64,000 nt of DNA. Source: Tetramitus jugosus. Lineage: Eukaryota > Protista > Heterolobosea. The DNA is taken from NCBI GenBank assembly GCA_937625935.1, contig OW569381.1, positions 372,001-436,000 of the forward strand, given 5' to 3'. Made by a program: the position numbers and the translations under genes. Shown piece after piece: positions 1 through 11,621 of this stretch; within the stretch, counting starts at the first letter, position 1, and each line of letters starts with the position of its first letter. The notes beneath the pieces were generated by a model. It made no database searches. It was not told where the DNA came from and saw only the letters and a list, made by a program, of their open reading frames with translations.

Positions 1-1337
1 TACCACAGTCCTATTCGAGTAATACACCAAATATTACTTCATTCCTCTTCACAACAGAATTGATTAATATCTTGTGTAAGGCCTTGATTCGGACCCTTTT
101 AGTTGAGTACCCTTCTCGTCCAGAGCAAGTTTGCTTCGTCCATCGCACCGTCGCTTCAGTTGTTCACTTTATTGTCTGTTGTTTTCATCAGCCATCGCTC
201 CCAGAAAGTCATTGCTATCTCACTTTCTTTGTCGTGAATAGGTGGAGGATAGTCGTGAGGCACGTCAGTTTCACACTATTTACATATGTTGCACCCTTCA
301 CAGCGACTTAGGGCTAACTAACTACCCTAAAAAGGAATTCTTTGTTCCATCCATGATAAAGCTTGTCTCGAGTTCCCTCCGATCATCATCTGCGAACAGT
401 CTCTGTTAATCTTTCATAATTACCATAGGATACTTCTAAACGTGTTGGTTGTGTCATAGTATTGGTCCATTCGATAGTGAAAGGTCCAGCAAAGGCTCCT
501 CCAACGGACACAACATCTAAACACTGACCGTTTATCAATGTCAAAGAAGAATGGGTCCACGAAAGATCCAGAAGGCCCCGGTGCTACTTGTGAATCCCCT
601 AAGTAAGTAAATACAAAGAACCCGTTCAAGGCACACTTCAGAATTGAATCTAAACACTGATCATAGTACTTGGAGATAGCTTTAGTGTATTGCAATCTGA
701 CAGTGTGTCCTCCTCAATCGAGGACCTTTTTACTCATGTGAACGCAATAATAATGGATTTTTCTCCTATGAAGGAGGATCGGGGGTTTAGAATCTCCATA
801 AAGAAGCAATCGAATCATACGATTGTTTCAGCTTTTCTTGGATGTTCGATGGAGACCCATTTGGGTGTCCGAGATGTAACCTTCTGTTTTCATTGCTCCG
901 GAAACAGAAACGGGTGCAATGAAAATTTTTGAGAGGTCCTGGATCCCTATTTCGATCGTTACCCATTATTCTTGTTTTTTCGCTTGTTTCTTTTCGTATG
1001 GGTTGAGCTTTTATTTAAGGACCTCTCTCGACATCAACAACAAAAATGAGAGGCGAAATCAATCGTAGTGTTTTGGTCTAACAATGTGGTGCATCAAGAA
1101 CTGTAACTCGGATGGTCTCCAACAAATAGATCAAGTCTGGTGAATATCAATAAGGTGTAGTTGAGGTTCCATGATAGGGTTAAAAAAACGAAACTAACAA
1201 CTGCTAATCCTGGTTCAATGGAATACCATTGGCTCTATGTCACCTAAATTAAGTTCGACCTCCTGCGACTGGAGCCCTCATTACCAGCACCGTTGATTAT
1301 TTAGTCTACTAGATAGATATCAACAACCAAACAACAT

Positions 1338-2309
1338 ATGAATACTTGTAAGATCATTGCGGCGCTATTGTTAAGTGTAATTCTCAATGAAGTCTGTATG
1401 GCTCAAGGAGGAGCCCAACCACATCTAGAACATACCAAGAGAGGTTTATTCCGTGTATCAAGTCTCTCTCAAATTCAAGCGACCACCACTGTGCTCAGCG
1501 CAACTCCAACATCACCATCTAGCAGATTCAACTGTTTCCCATTCTTTGCTGGTACTCAGGTAATTGTTGGTCGTCCAGACACTTGGTTGCCATACTTCTT
1601 TGGAATTTATAAAAACTTACCAGCTGCAGAAATTCAGGTAGGAGATAAGATTGTATTCGATATGACCTTCATCAATGAAGTAGTACAATCATTTGATATT
1701 GCTTTAGCCCACACAGCAACAAATGGAGGAACTACGCCTGATACCAATGGATTCACAGTTATAGCACCAAACAAGAGTCCCCCTGTTCCTGGAGATTTCA
1801 TTCTTGATAATTATGAACTGTCATTCGATGTTACCACACCATTCTCTTTTGCTGGAGGAGGGTTAATGATCCGTTTCTCAGTTGCTACACCATCTGCATT
1901 TGCTTCTGACGGTCTTTGTCAAAATGGTTTCAATGGTGCTTCGGCCTCTGATACTTCGAATCTGTTTGTTCGAAGAGTGTATGCTGGAGATGCCAATGGA
2001 AACCCACCAAGCGAGCAAAACGAACCCGATGATAATATACCAGCTTTTAAGATCATCAGAACTACTCAGCCTGTGGGTGCTTGCACTCAAAGAACTTGTC
2101 CATCGGGAAAGAATTGTTGCAGATTCGTTCCTCCTTGCCGAACAACACCAATTGAGAAGTGCTATGGTTCGTCCAAATCTTGCATTCCTGACATTATTAA
2201 TCCCACTCAAGCATGCTTATGCAAGACTGGAGATGAATGTTGTAATCAGGTTTGCTATGATCCAAATAGATTCCGATGCTCTGTTCCAGGAAAAGTTGTT
2301 AGACTGTGA
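1338..2309 (+). CDS. Secreted protein of unknown function: signal peptide, beta-rich central domain, Cys-rich C-terminal tail
   Basis: 323-aa intronless ORF after a CAA-rich leader; hydrophobic N-terminus (KIIAALLLSVILNEVCMA); dibasic TKR; about 12 Cys in the last 75 aa. Confidence 0.7.
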   Translation: MNTCKIIAALLLSVILNEVCMAQGGAQPHLEHTKRGLFRVSSLSQIQATTTVLSATPTSPSSRFNCFPFFAGTQVIVGRPDTWLPYFFGIYKNLPAAEIQVGDKIVFDMTFINEVVQSFDIALAHTATNGGTTPDTNGFTVIAPNKSPPVPGDFILDNYELSFDVTTPFSFAGGGLMIRFSVATPSAFASDGLCQNGFNGASASDTSNLFVRRVYAGDANGNPPSEQNEPDDNIPAFKIIRTTQPVGACTQRTCPSGKNCCRFVPPCRTTPIEKCYGSSKSCIPDIINPTQACLCKTGDECCNQVCYDPNRFRCSVPGKVVRL

Positions 2310-3323
2310 GTTGGGGCAAGTTTCGACATTACACTCGTTTGACAGAACGATTTTCTCAACCAATTTTGTAGGATAGTGATAGACCACACCATTAAACACT
2401 TGTTGGTTTTGATATGGTCCCGCCCTTCTGAGCACCCTGAGGGTCGTTAATGATGACGATTCCCTTCTCTTGCAACCTCATCATTGTGCTATTATGAAAC
2501 GTCTAATGCATTCGTTCGTGATAGGCAAGACCTGAAGGTATTCCATCATTTCTGGCGTTAACCTTTCTTTGTAACGCCATGTTGATGACCTTACCTTGGA
2601 GATCGAGGAGCAGCCTAGGACAGAAGTGCACCTCCGGTCCTTTGACAGGAATTCTGGAGGTACTCTGTGCTTTTCAATATCTCTCTTCGCTCTTCTGCCT
2701 TTCTGACGACCGGGCAATTCTTCTGCCTGTCGGTACCGTCTCTGTCCTCCGCATTATAGACCTTCTTCACCACCGCCTTCGTGTACAATGTGACTTTTGT
2801 GTAACGAACCATTCCAGATGGAGATACTCAGCCTGTTGCACCTACCAAACACGCTTCTCTTTACATATCAAATCTCTGTATTGTCTGATAGACATACCAG
2901 ATCTGTTGTTCTTCTGTCACTTCAAAATTGTCCTCGCATATGAATGTTTGAAGAAGCTTGATCTCAACCTTAAGTTTCAGGTCTCTGGGCAGTAATTGCA
3001 TCTGTCACTCGGCACCAAGCCTTAGGCTTCACCCAGTTTGTTTTCAAACTCAACAACATGCGAGTTTTTTTCCATGCAATGTGAGTTGCCTCTTTATTCA
3101 TTTCACCTTGCTACAGGGAATGATGCTGCTCTGCATCGGCACGGTGCAGAGCTCTTGGTCATCCTTACCCTGTCAAGTCCATGAGGAATAGTAGTTGTTG
3201 TGTTGCTGCTTTGCACGGTGCAAGCATCTTTTCCTCCATCGCTCCTTGGACGTGGTTAACAACTTGGCAGCTCTTTAGCACACCTTCTTGGTGCGTTTTC
3301 CTGCGGACACTTGTCAACGTTCA

Positions 3324-4700
3324 TTTTTTTTTTAATACAACGCGTAGTTGCTCACTTTTTTGTGTATCATTCTGTCAAATAGTTTCTCTTTTTCTCACTG
3401 TGCCGCTCGAAGAGCGGCACTTATCTTTCCTTTCAGTGGAGGAGAACGTTACTACTGTTTGCAGTCCTTTGATTGCTGGAGGAGTCTGTACAGCGTTGTG
3501 ATGCAGCGACTCTTCACCCAGCACAAAACTACGGGCCTTTCGCTGCGCTACTTCTTGTTTCATCCCATTTTTCATCAGCGCATCCAACACCTGTTCGACA
3601 TTGTCGTTCTCTAATCCCATCATTCCCATGAGGTACTCTCTGCTCGACTTCCTCGGCATGGGTCCCATGAATCCGTTTCTGAACAGCACTTTGTCAAACC
3701 ATAGGGAGATGGCGGACTCTCGATGTAATGGAAGTTTGAGCAACTTGTTGTAGACTTCCAGGACACGTCTTCTTCGGGCATCAATTGCGTACTGGCATCT
3801 GACAAGGCAATGAAGAATTGTATCAGGTTCAGTACCGCATCTCGGGCATAGATTGGGGCCGTCATCATCGTACAAATAGTTACATATCACTCTGGTATGC
3901 AACGTACCACTACGTACTTGAGCGTGGAACCACTCCAACTGACGATCAACAACAAATGGATTCTTGAGAAAGTCGAACTGATTTTTATGTTCCATTGCAG
4001 CTACCTGCAACCACCATTGTGAATACCGACAGATGAACGCCTTACGTTCCTGGAGGAACAATTCTTTCAGATCTTCTTTTCCCCTCGCGTACTTACCATT
4101 GAATCTGATGGTATGTATGAACCCCTTTGTTTGATGCAACTCCATATTCATGCACTCCGGCATTGCCATCACCGTTAGGGCCACCTCTTGGTAGGTTTTA
4201 GGCCCAAACCCCTTGCCAACCTCGGTCTTTAGTGACTCGAAGCTCTTGACTCTCCCCTCATTAAGTAGTTGTTGCTTTTGGTACAGTCCAGTCCTGCCGA
4301 GCAGTCTGAGAGACAAGTCCGGAGTTCATTGATGGTGGACAGATAACATAATCTGCTCATTGTTTATTACGAAATTAGTCTTTGTTCAAGCTCAGACAAC
4401 GGTACTATCGATCATGCAGTACCGATCCAATACGATCTTCAATCAACATCATTCGCAGACAACCCGTGGTCTTCAAGTATATAATCCATGATACTGTCCA
4501 CCGGAACGCGCTCTCCTCTTCTATGATTTTCTTTCTTGATATTGAACAGCAGACATACGATGGGACATGAGATCTCTTGTCATGGTTGTCTGCCATCAAT
4601 TGTTTTGTCTGTGTTAATTGACGCATCATTCGATCCACTGGCCCAGACGTAATAGGAGGAACAGTCTTGAGTGCCAATGGAACATGTGTAGTTTACAGAA
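3324..4700 (-). mobile_element. Degenerate 3' part of a non-LTR (LINE-like) retrotransposon
   Basis: ORF 3375-4316(-) carries R-S-G-T-L-H-T...CPRCGTEPDTILHCLVRC, the CCHC zf-RVT motif that follows RT in non-LTR ORF2. Broken frames upstream include an HVPSYV RNase H-like motif. An A10 tract (T10 at 3324-3333 on +) lies about 40 nt after the stop. No intact RT is present. Confidence 0.65.
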
Positions 4701-4915
4701 GCATAGATTGTTGTCCAAGAGATTACAGTGATTCTTGCATGTCAGTTGGAAGGATTGGACAGATGTGGAAGGACTGACAAGGGCACTACTGCCCCTTCAT
4801 CATTGTCCTCCTTCCAATGTATTGCAACTCCGCCCCTGAGAAACCACACACGTTTGTCAGATTTCACAAACATCCAAACATAAAAACAAACAACTCAACA
4901 CACAATTGTCAAAAG

Positions 4916-7591
4916 ATGAGCACATTTCACACTGGTGGCAATCATTATCGATTCAACTCTCTTTTGATCAATGCAATACTACTATTGGTCATCATCATCT
5001 GTTGTTGTTTCACATCGAAAGGAATAGAATGTGCTGTCAAATTCAATTCCTTTCAAGGCGAACCATGCATACAGCAGAGAATTGCCAACACCTCTCGTCC
5101 AAAACTTCTTGAACAATCATGGACAGTTGCCATCTCTCTATCCATTACTCTTGGTGTCATATGGTGTCTCTTGTTGATCTACTTGTTGATACCATGTGCA
5201 TGCAAGGATTACACATGTCTCGATTTGGATCTATTTTCACATCAGCAACAACAAGAAGAGGACAGCAATAGTCATGTTTATTATTTGGAACACAAGGTAT
5301 CACACATCCAATGCCCCATGTTCATTTGTTGTTGTTGCAGTAGTAGTCGTTCCAGTAAAAGTAGTCGTTATCAATCGATGGAGGATGACAAGGAAGACAT
5401 GAATCAGAATGATGACATGAATCACCACAATAATGATGATGAAACAAATAACAACAACAACAACATTGACATGGTGAATGATGAAGATGCAATTGGCAAT
5501 CAAAACAAGAAGAATCGTCATGTCGTACTCAAATGGAGACCATGGAACATGTTTCATTCATTGGAGAGTGCAAGACATGGTACGATTCAAAATGCAATCA
5601 TCACTACTACCACCACTACCACCACTACCACTGCTACTACGACTCCAAACTCTACTCATAGCACAAGACAACAACAATTACAACAACAAGAGAACAACAA
5701 CAAACAAAGAGTAGTGACATTGATTAGTGAGAGTGAAAAGACGATTGCAGGTGGATTCATGACCATTACCATTCTCATTCTCTGTGTCATATCAGTCATG
5801 TTTGGTATATTGAATCGAGTGGATCCATTGACTGCTGAACTGGACAAGCGAAACGATTCTGTCAATAAGCAACTCTCTCATTTTGTCATGAAGTATCAAG
5901 TGAATGTGTATGATGTGTTGTGTGATCCATTCATCATCATGAATAACAAGACTACTAGTGCTACTCTTGATGATGACAGTGATGATGTGAATGACAATGA
6001 TTCAACAATCATTCAAATCATTCCACTACCCTCTCCATCCAATCACTCTTCATCTCATCATGCATACCTCGTATTGTTGAACAGTACGGGAGTAGAGTAT
6101 GATGGATCACAGGACATGTCTCTCCACGTGCATCGCAACTGTTTCTCTACCATGAACATTGAACCGGTTGCTCAATTACGAAGAGTGGTGACTACTACCT
6201 CGAACAATAGCAATCAAAGTACGAGTGAAGCAACATTTGTGGATGCAGATGGTAAACTGCCCTATTATCAATCAGCTGCCATCTACAGTCGAAATTTCAA
6301 GTACTCGTGGAATATTACCATGCAACAGTCATATGATGTGTTGTTGGTCGATGCTACATGGTACAGTTTAGAACCGATTGTGGATGTGTTGACAGTGAGT
6401 GACATATCGAAAAAGTACATGAACTGGATTGTGGATCAATATCCAATCTTGCAATTGGTGCTCGGTAAGAACAGTAACTCCAATTCCAACAGAAACAGCA
6501 CCAATGATGACAGTACTGGATCTGATGATGCCAATCAAACCAAGGAAACACTTGTCATGGAATCCAAAGACTGCTTCATGTACAACAGTGTGAACAGCAA
6601 TCGAAAGACAGATGCATCTGATCGAATCCAAATCAAATTCTCAATCGACTCCACAGTGAAACAGAGGTTCTATGAGAGTCAATCCTCTCGTATCTCTCGT
6701 CTACCATTGAACGTATTGGCCAGTATTGGTAGTATTATTGCTCTGAGATCACCTGCCACCTATCTCGTTGTATCCGTGTTGGAATCACTCAGTGGATTCT
6801 TCTTGCTCAAGTCAGTTGTTGTCTCTATTGCTGTGTTGGTGCCTACGTTTGTTCACTTGTCCGTGTATGCTGCTCAGGCCATTTCAGATCCCAGTCTATT
6901 CCATCAAAAGGTCGACTACTACAATATTCTCGTTATTTTAAATTGTGTAGTGATTGTTGTTGTGTTCCATGGCATGCTCCTATGGAATATGGATTTCTGT
7001 TCTCGATGGAGGCAAATGGAATTGTGGGATCTGTGGAATATTGTGACACAACCGCTGCACATGGTGAGAATAGGACTAGGATATGAATCTCATACTCAAC
7101 AGGTATATCATAAGAAGCAGCAACAAAAGAAGTCAAAACAGAGCAATGGACGAATAGCACGTGCTCTGTTTTTGGTCTACTGTATTGTTTATTGTTCATC
7201 TTTTGTTGTTTGTGTGATGATGGCATGTGGATTGATATGGATTCATTGGAGTTGTGCCATTGCCAGTGTGATTCTCGAGTTGTGCATTGTTACTGTGTTG
7301 CACTTGATTTGGAAACTGTATCTAAGGGATGCACTCTCATTGCCTGACATGTTGACCGATAGCAGCACCAACAACAGTAGCAGCAACAGTAACAATAATC
7401 ACAACAGTAGCAATCTCTACCCTTCTCTTTCAGGTTATTCAAGCGCCAGTGGAGGAACCAATAAGACAATCAACAGCGAAACACAAAACTTGATGGTCAT
7501 TCAACATGTGGATCACACTGGTTTTGATGATGACGAAACCTCTGATCACAAGACGGACATTAAGCTCTACGGCTCACTCCTGTCACAATAA
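4916..7591 (+). CDS. Multi-pass membrane protein with low-complexity loops, unknown function
   Basis: Long ORF (likely ATG 4916 after a CAA-rich leader); three N-terminal and about 4-5 C-terminal hydrophobic helices; poly-N/T/Q tracts. Confidence 0.75.
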   Translation: MSTFHTGGNHYRFNSLLINAILLLVIIICCCFTSKGIECAVKFNSFQGEPCIQQRIANTSRPKLLEQSWTVAISLSITLGVIWCLLLIYLLIPCACKDYTCLDLDLFSHQQQQEEDSNSHVYYLEHKVSHIQCPMFICCCCSSSRSSKSSRYQSMEDDKEDMNQNDDMNHHNNDDETNNNNNNIDMVNDEDAIGNQNKKNRHVVLKWRPWNMFHSLESARHGTIQNAIITTTTTTTTTTATTTPNSTHSTRQQQLQQQENNNKQRVVTLISESEKTIAGGFMTITILILCVISVMFGILNRVDPLTAELDKRNDSVNKQLSHFVMKYQVNVYDVLCDPFIIMNNKTTSATLDDDSDDVNDNDSTIIQIIPLPSPSNHSSSHHAYLVLLNSTGVEYDGSQDMSLHVHRNCFSTMNIEPVAQLRRVVTTTSNNSNQSTSEATFVDADGKLPYYQSAAIYSRNFKYSWNITMQQSYDVLLVDATWYSLEPIVDVLTVSDISKKYMNWIVDQYPILQLVLGKNSNSNSNRNSTNDDSTGSDDANQTKETLVMESKDCFMYNSVNSNRKTDASDRIQIKFSIDSTVKQRFYESQSSRISRLPLNVLASIGSIIALRSPATYLVVSVLESLSGFFLLKSVVVSIAVLVPTFVHLSVYAAQAISDPSLFHQKVDYYNILVILNCVVIVVVFHGMLLWNMDFCSRWRQMELWDLWNIVTQPLHMVRIGLGYESHTQQVYHKKQQQKKSKQSNGRIARALFLVYCIVYCSSFVVCVMMACGLIWIHWSCAIASVILELCIVTVLHLIWKLYLRDALSLPDMLTDSSTNNSSSNSNNNHNSSNLYPSLSGYSSASGGTNKTINSETQNLMVIQHVDHTGFDDDETSDHKTDIKLYGSLLSQ

Positions 7592-7819
7592 CAACAATTT
7601 TCCCCTATTTCGGCTTTTTTAGGCCTATTCGCAATCGCCAACGATACCGTAGTGCCGTTACTGGTCTACGGACTGGCGAACAGACATTCAAATCATTTTT
7701 GGATTCGAGTATAAACGAGGTGATAAAATAGAGTAACACCATCATCTCCCTTGCTCCTCTCTGTAACATCAAACCATTCTATCCTCACATCAACCACACA
7801 ATCATTTCACCTTTTAAGA

Positions 7820-8338
7820 ATGACTGATAATTCTGAATATGCAAAATGCCACAAATGCTTTGGCGCAGGACAACACTTGTGCCCCATTTGCCAGGGAAGA
7901 CACGTACTGAGTCGGAAGGATGCCTATACTGTCGTCATGTGTAAAAATTGCATGTCTGGTAGAGTTCAATGCAAAACCTGTCTCGGCACAGGAAAGGTGA
8001 AGAGTTTGGACATTTCACTCAGTACAACACCTCCACCAGCTAGGTCTTGCTTCCTACCGCCACCTCAATCTCATACAACAAAGCAAACACCTGTACAAAC
8101 ACAACAAGTCTACAACAACTCGAGCTCTCCTTCCTATCAATTGAATCAACAGGACAGCCCTCGAAATCGGGAGAAGATTATTGAAACTCTACAGCTCCAA
8201 GTCTCCTCGCTTCAAGAGCAAATCAAATCCCAGCAAGAACAAGTCAATCAATTGATGCATCAGAATACTCTTCTGATGGAATCAAACCTGCAATTGACCA
8301 AACTGTTAACGAATAGCGATTCTGCTTCGAATCGCTGA
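7820..8338 (+). CDS. DnaJ-type zinc-finger (CxxCxGxG repeats) plus coiled-coil protein
   Basis: CHKCFGAG, CPICQG, CKNCMSG, CKTCLGTG; C-terminal heptad repeats; ATG at 7820. Confidence 0.75.
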   Translation: MTDNSEYAKCHKCFGAGQHLCPICQGRHVLSRKDAYTVVMCKNCMSGRVQCKTCLGTGKVKSLDISLSTTPPPARSCFLPPPQSHTTKQTPVQTQQVYNNSSSPSYQLNQQDSPRNREKIIETLQLQVSSLQEQIKSQQEQVNQLMHQNTLLMESNLQLTKLLTNSDSASNR

Positions 8339-8455
8339 TCCTCTCCGATAACTTTATAAACAATGTCTACTATCTGATCAGCTCGCATTTTACAATGATA
8401 CACGATTTCATCTTAATTCATGTATTTTATTTGGCAAATGATGATCACTGATCTC

Positions 8456-9994
8456 CTAGGAGCTCATTTCATACTTGTATCCTCTGCTGATCAATGTTTC
8501 TTGAATCTGTTCAATGTGATCGAATCCCTTGGTACTGACAGTGACGCACAGTGTAGTGAAACCCAGTGGAATATCTCTAAAGTTTCTCTCGTGCTCCACT
8601 TCACGAATATTGCATCTCATTTCATGGAAAATGCTCAACACGGATGCCAGTTGACCTGGCACATCAGGCACTGTGACTCTCATGCGTGCCAATCGACCCG
8701 ATGTCACCAATCCTCGATCAATAATCTCTCTCAATATGGATATATCAATGTTACCACCGGACAGCACCACACAAATTCTCCTGTTCTGAGGATTCTTGGA
8801 CGACTGATGATGCAAGTGAGGCAACTTTCGGAACAAGAGTGCAGCCAATCCGGCACTTCCTGCGCCCTCACTCAACGTCTTTTCTCTCTCCAGTAGTGTC
8901 AACACGGAGTGAGCAATCTCATTCTCTGATACAGTGACGACATCATCAACGTACTTGTCAATCAAATCATACGTCTTATCACCCAGTGCTCTCACTGCAA
9001 TACCATCTGCAATGGTTGGATTGAATGGTACACTGGTCAAGTACTTGTTGTGTCGACTGAGATAGGCACTGGGCATGTTGGTTGCCTCTACACCGTACAC
9101 CTTGATCCGAGGATTCATTGTCTTGAGTGCCACAGCCAACCCTGCAATCAATCCTCCTCCACCAATCGGACAAATCACAGTGTCCAAATATGGATTTTGT
9201 TCCATGAGTTCCAATCCGAGTGTGCCCTGTCCGGCAATGACTGCCGTGTCGTTGAACGGATGAACAAACACTCGATTCTCTTGTTGAGCAATCAGAGTGG
9301 CAACTGCATATGCATCATCTACACCTTGTCCACTCAGAACGACATGTGCTCCAAAACGTTTGGTTCCCTGTACTTTGGCCAGTGGAGTCGTCTCGGGCAT
9401 GCATATCGTTGCACTGACACCGAGTCTCATGGCATGATACGCCACTGCTTGTGCATGATTGCCTGCACTGCAGCACACGACACCTCGCTTTCTCTCTTCT
9501 TCACTCAACAGTGTCATTTTGTTGATGGCACCTCGTTCTTTGAAACTGCCAGTCAAGTGCTTGTTTTCATACTTTAGGTACAATAGTGGTTGAATCGACT
9601 GCTTGTGATTTGTCTCATAATTCTTGAACAGCTCGGCAGAGAGTGATTGAGAGACGAGTAGGGGTGTGGGTGGTAGTAGGGGACGAATTCTGGTGAATGC
9701 GTCTTCAATGTCTTCCAGTGTCACCAAATCTTCACCACTCTCCACTTTGTCCAGAATGGTTTCTCTCTCTGTATCAGTCAATACAATATTTTGTTCTTCT
9801 TCTATTGTTGGTGTTTTTGGAGTCGTATTGGTGGTGGTGGTTGATTGTTGTATCAGTAGTGCATGACTGTGATAGAGACGGTTGTTGTCGTTGTTGTTGT
9901 TGGTGTGTAGTGGTTGTGATCGCGGAACAAAACGACAATGTAAAGTGGTTGCTGTTGCTGGTGGTGATGTGATGAACCTTCTTAGTTGTTGCAT
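8456..9994 (-). CDS. ilvA: Threonine ammonia-lyase (threonine dehydratase) with a single C-terminal ACT domain, probably mitochondrial
   Basis: PLP lysine motif LKYENKHLTGSFKERGA, SAGNHAQ, PIGGGGLIAG, LSGGNID; ACT motif VPDVPGQL; Arg-rich, acid-poor N-terminal presequence. Confidence 0.93.
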   Translation of the reverse strand: MQQLRRFITSPPATATTLHCRFVPRSQPLHTNNNNDNNRLYHSHALLIQQSTTTTNTTPKTPTIEEEQNIVLTDTERETILDKVESGEDLVTLEDIEDAFTRIRPLLPPTPLLVSQSLSAELFKNYETNHKQSIQPLLYLKYENKHLTGSFKERGAINKMTLLSEEERKRGVVCCSAGNHAQAVAYHAMRLGVSATICMPETTPLAKVQGTKRFGAHVVLSGQGVDDAYAVATLIAQQENRVFVHPFNDTAVIAGQGTLGLELMEQNPYLDTVICPIGGGGLIAGLAVALKTMNPRIKVYGVEATNMPSAYLSRHNKYLTSVPFNPTIADGIAVRALGDKTYDLIDKYVDDVVTVSENEIAHSVLTLLEREKTLSEGAGSAGLAALLFRKLPHLHHQSSKNPQNRRICVVLSGGNIDISILREIIDRGLVTSGRLARMRVTVPDVPGQLASVLSIFHEMRCNIREVEHERNFRDIPLGFTTLCVTVSTKGFDHIEQIQETLISRGYKYEMSS

Positions 9995-10497
9995 TGTGTT
10001 GTTGTTATTGTTGTTGGTATTGTTGGTTTCTTTTTTTGAAGTTGTCTGTCAAATGATTTGGTCACGATGACTTTTTCGCCGTCTAATATTTGTTGATTGG
10101 GCCAGCGATGAAAACTGGACTGTCAGAGGGGAATACCTCGCATCATGTGTTAGTTTGGCGAATCGCCCCACCTGTTGTTCTGAAATGAAGGCGGACGTTA
10201 TGCAAAGTACCGAATGTTGGCGCCAAAGAACGAAGATTTTTGCTCGGATATACCGGAGTATCATACACTGATCCCGACAGATTCTCTCCAAACCACTCAT
10301 GGCAACTCGATCGAAGAACAACAAGGAAGAAGAAGAAAAACGACGTCGCGTGTTTGAAAACAATAGTATCGTGGGGGTAACAATCAAGAATACACACAAA
10401 CACACACGTAACAAAATACAATAACAACACCAAATCAAACACAAATAATAATAACAACAACACTCATCATAATTGACAACCATTTATACAAAAAAAA

Positions 10498-11247
10498 ATG
10501 TTGATGGGTAGTGAAACATTGGAAGAAATTGTCGAACAAGAGGCAATCAATGAAACATACAGAAGTAAAACACTGGTCTACTTGGCCAAACACCCCATGA
10601 TACCACTCATTAGCAGAAGAACACTGAGATGGAACATTCTACTTGTTCTCTCCACTGTTTTCATGCTCATTTTCTGTATCGTGTGCAGTGGATTCGCCAC
10701 CAAAAACTCTACTCTCCACGTTCCACACGGTCTCTACAGTCAAATACAAATGTCATTCAACAGTACGCGTGTCTATGAAATCAAACAGAGTTTGAACAGT
10801 GTAGGTCTATTGGCATTGGGTGTTCAAAATGGTACAGAGTTGGCCACCAGTGTACTGTACACTCTTGTTCTCATGCTACTGTTGTTGAGTGTAGCAAAGA
10901 GATTGCAGAGTGATAAGAGGTGTCACGTGACGAGAAATCAATTGTTTGTCAAGGCGAATCGAGCAGTGATTGTTGTTGGATTTTCATTGGCATGGCTCGT
11001 TGTGATCCCATGCTTGTTGCACACGATTTCTCACTTTTTCATCTTTTCACAGCTCATGACACCAATGAGCACTGTGCCTTCTCAAGCACTCTCCGTATTG
11101 ACTGGTATCTCCATGCTCTTGTTTTTCATTTTTGCTGTGGGAGTCGGAGGGTTGTACATTGTGTTGGCCGGCATCTATGCACTGTCTCTGTTGTTGATAT
11201 CAAAGAGGAGAGGCTATTATTTCCATCATGCAAACTCTCATCACTAA
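10498..11247 (+). CDS. Four-TM membrane protein, unknown function
   Basis: 249-aa ORF with about 4 hydrophobic helices; A-rich context before ATG; AATAAA after the stop. Confidence 0.7.
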   Translation: MLMGSETLEEIVEQEAINETYRSKTLVYLAKHPMIPLISRRTLRWNILLVLSTVFMLIFCIVCSGFATKNSTLHVPHGLYSQIQMSFNSTRVYEIKQSLNSVGLLALGVQNGTELATSVLYTLVLMLLLLSVAKRLQSDKRCHVTRNQLFVKANRAVIVVGFSLAWLVVIPCLLHTISHFFIFSQLMTPMSTVPSQALSVLTGISMLLFFIFAVGVGGLYIVLAGIYALSLLLISKRRGYYFHHANSHH

Positions 11248-11621
11248 AATAAATCAAGGTGATTTTTTTGAGCATAACAGTGGTTTAGTTGTTTCTCTTT
11301 GGGGATCATCATCATCATGATATGTTGTTATCCATGGATGCGCTCTGAGTTGTTGTTCTGATTCGTGGTTGTTGTTGGTGTTGTACGTTCGTTGTATGCG
11401 AGACGTCATCCGATCCTTTTATGGACAGTCGGAGAATATAAGAATGTCACTTGTCAAGAAAAATATCCGCTCCTGAAAACAGTCGAAAACAACAAAAAAC
11501 AAACAGCCAACAACACAAACATCACACAACATCCATCAATCAACAACAACAACACCAAACAACACCAACAACCAAACAACATACCAAATTTTTGCCATCA
11601 TCAAATTAGCAACGTATAAAA

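Noticed and set aside
1-950. Short ORFs at the window start as genes or a retroelement endonuclease
   Set aside because: No motif or consistent frame recognisable
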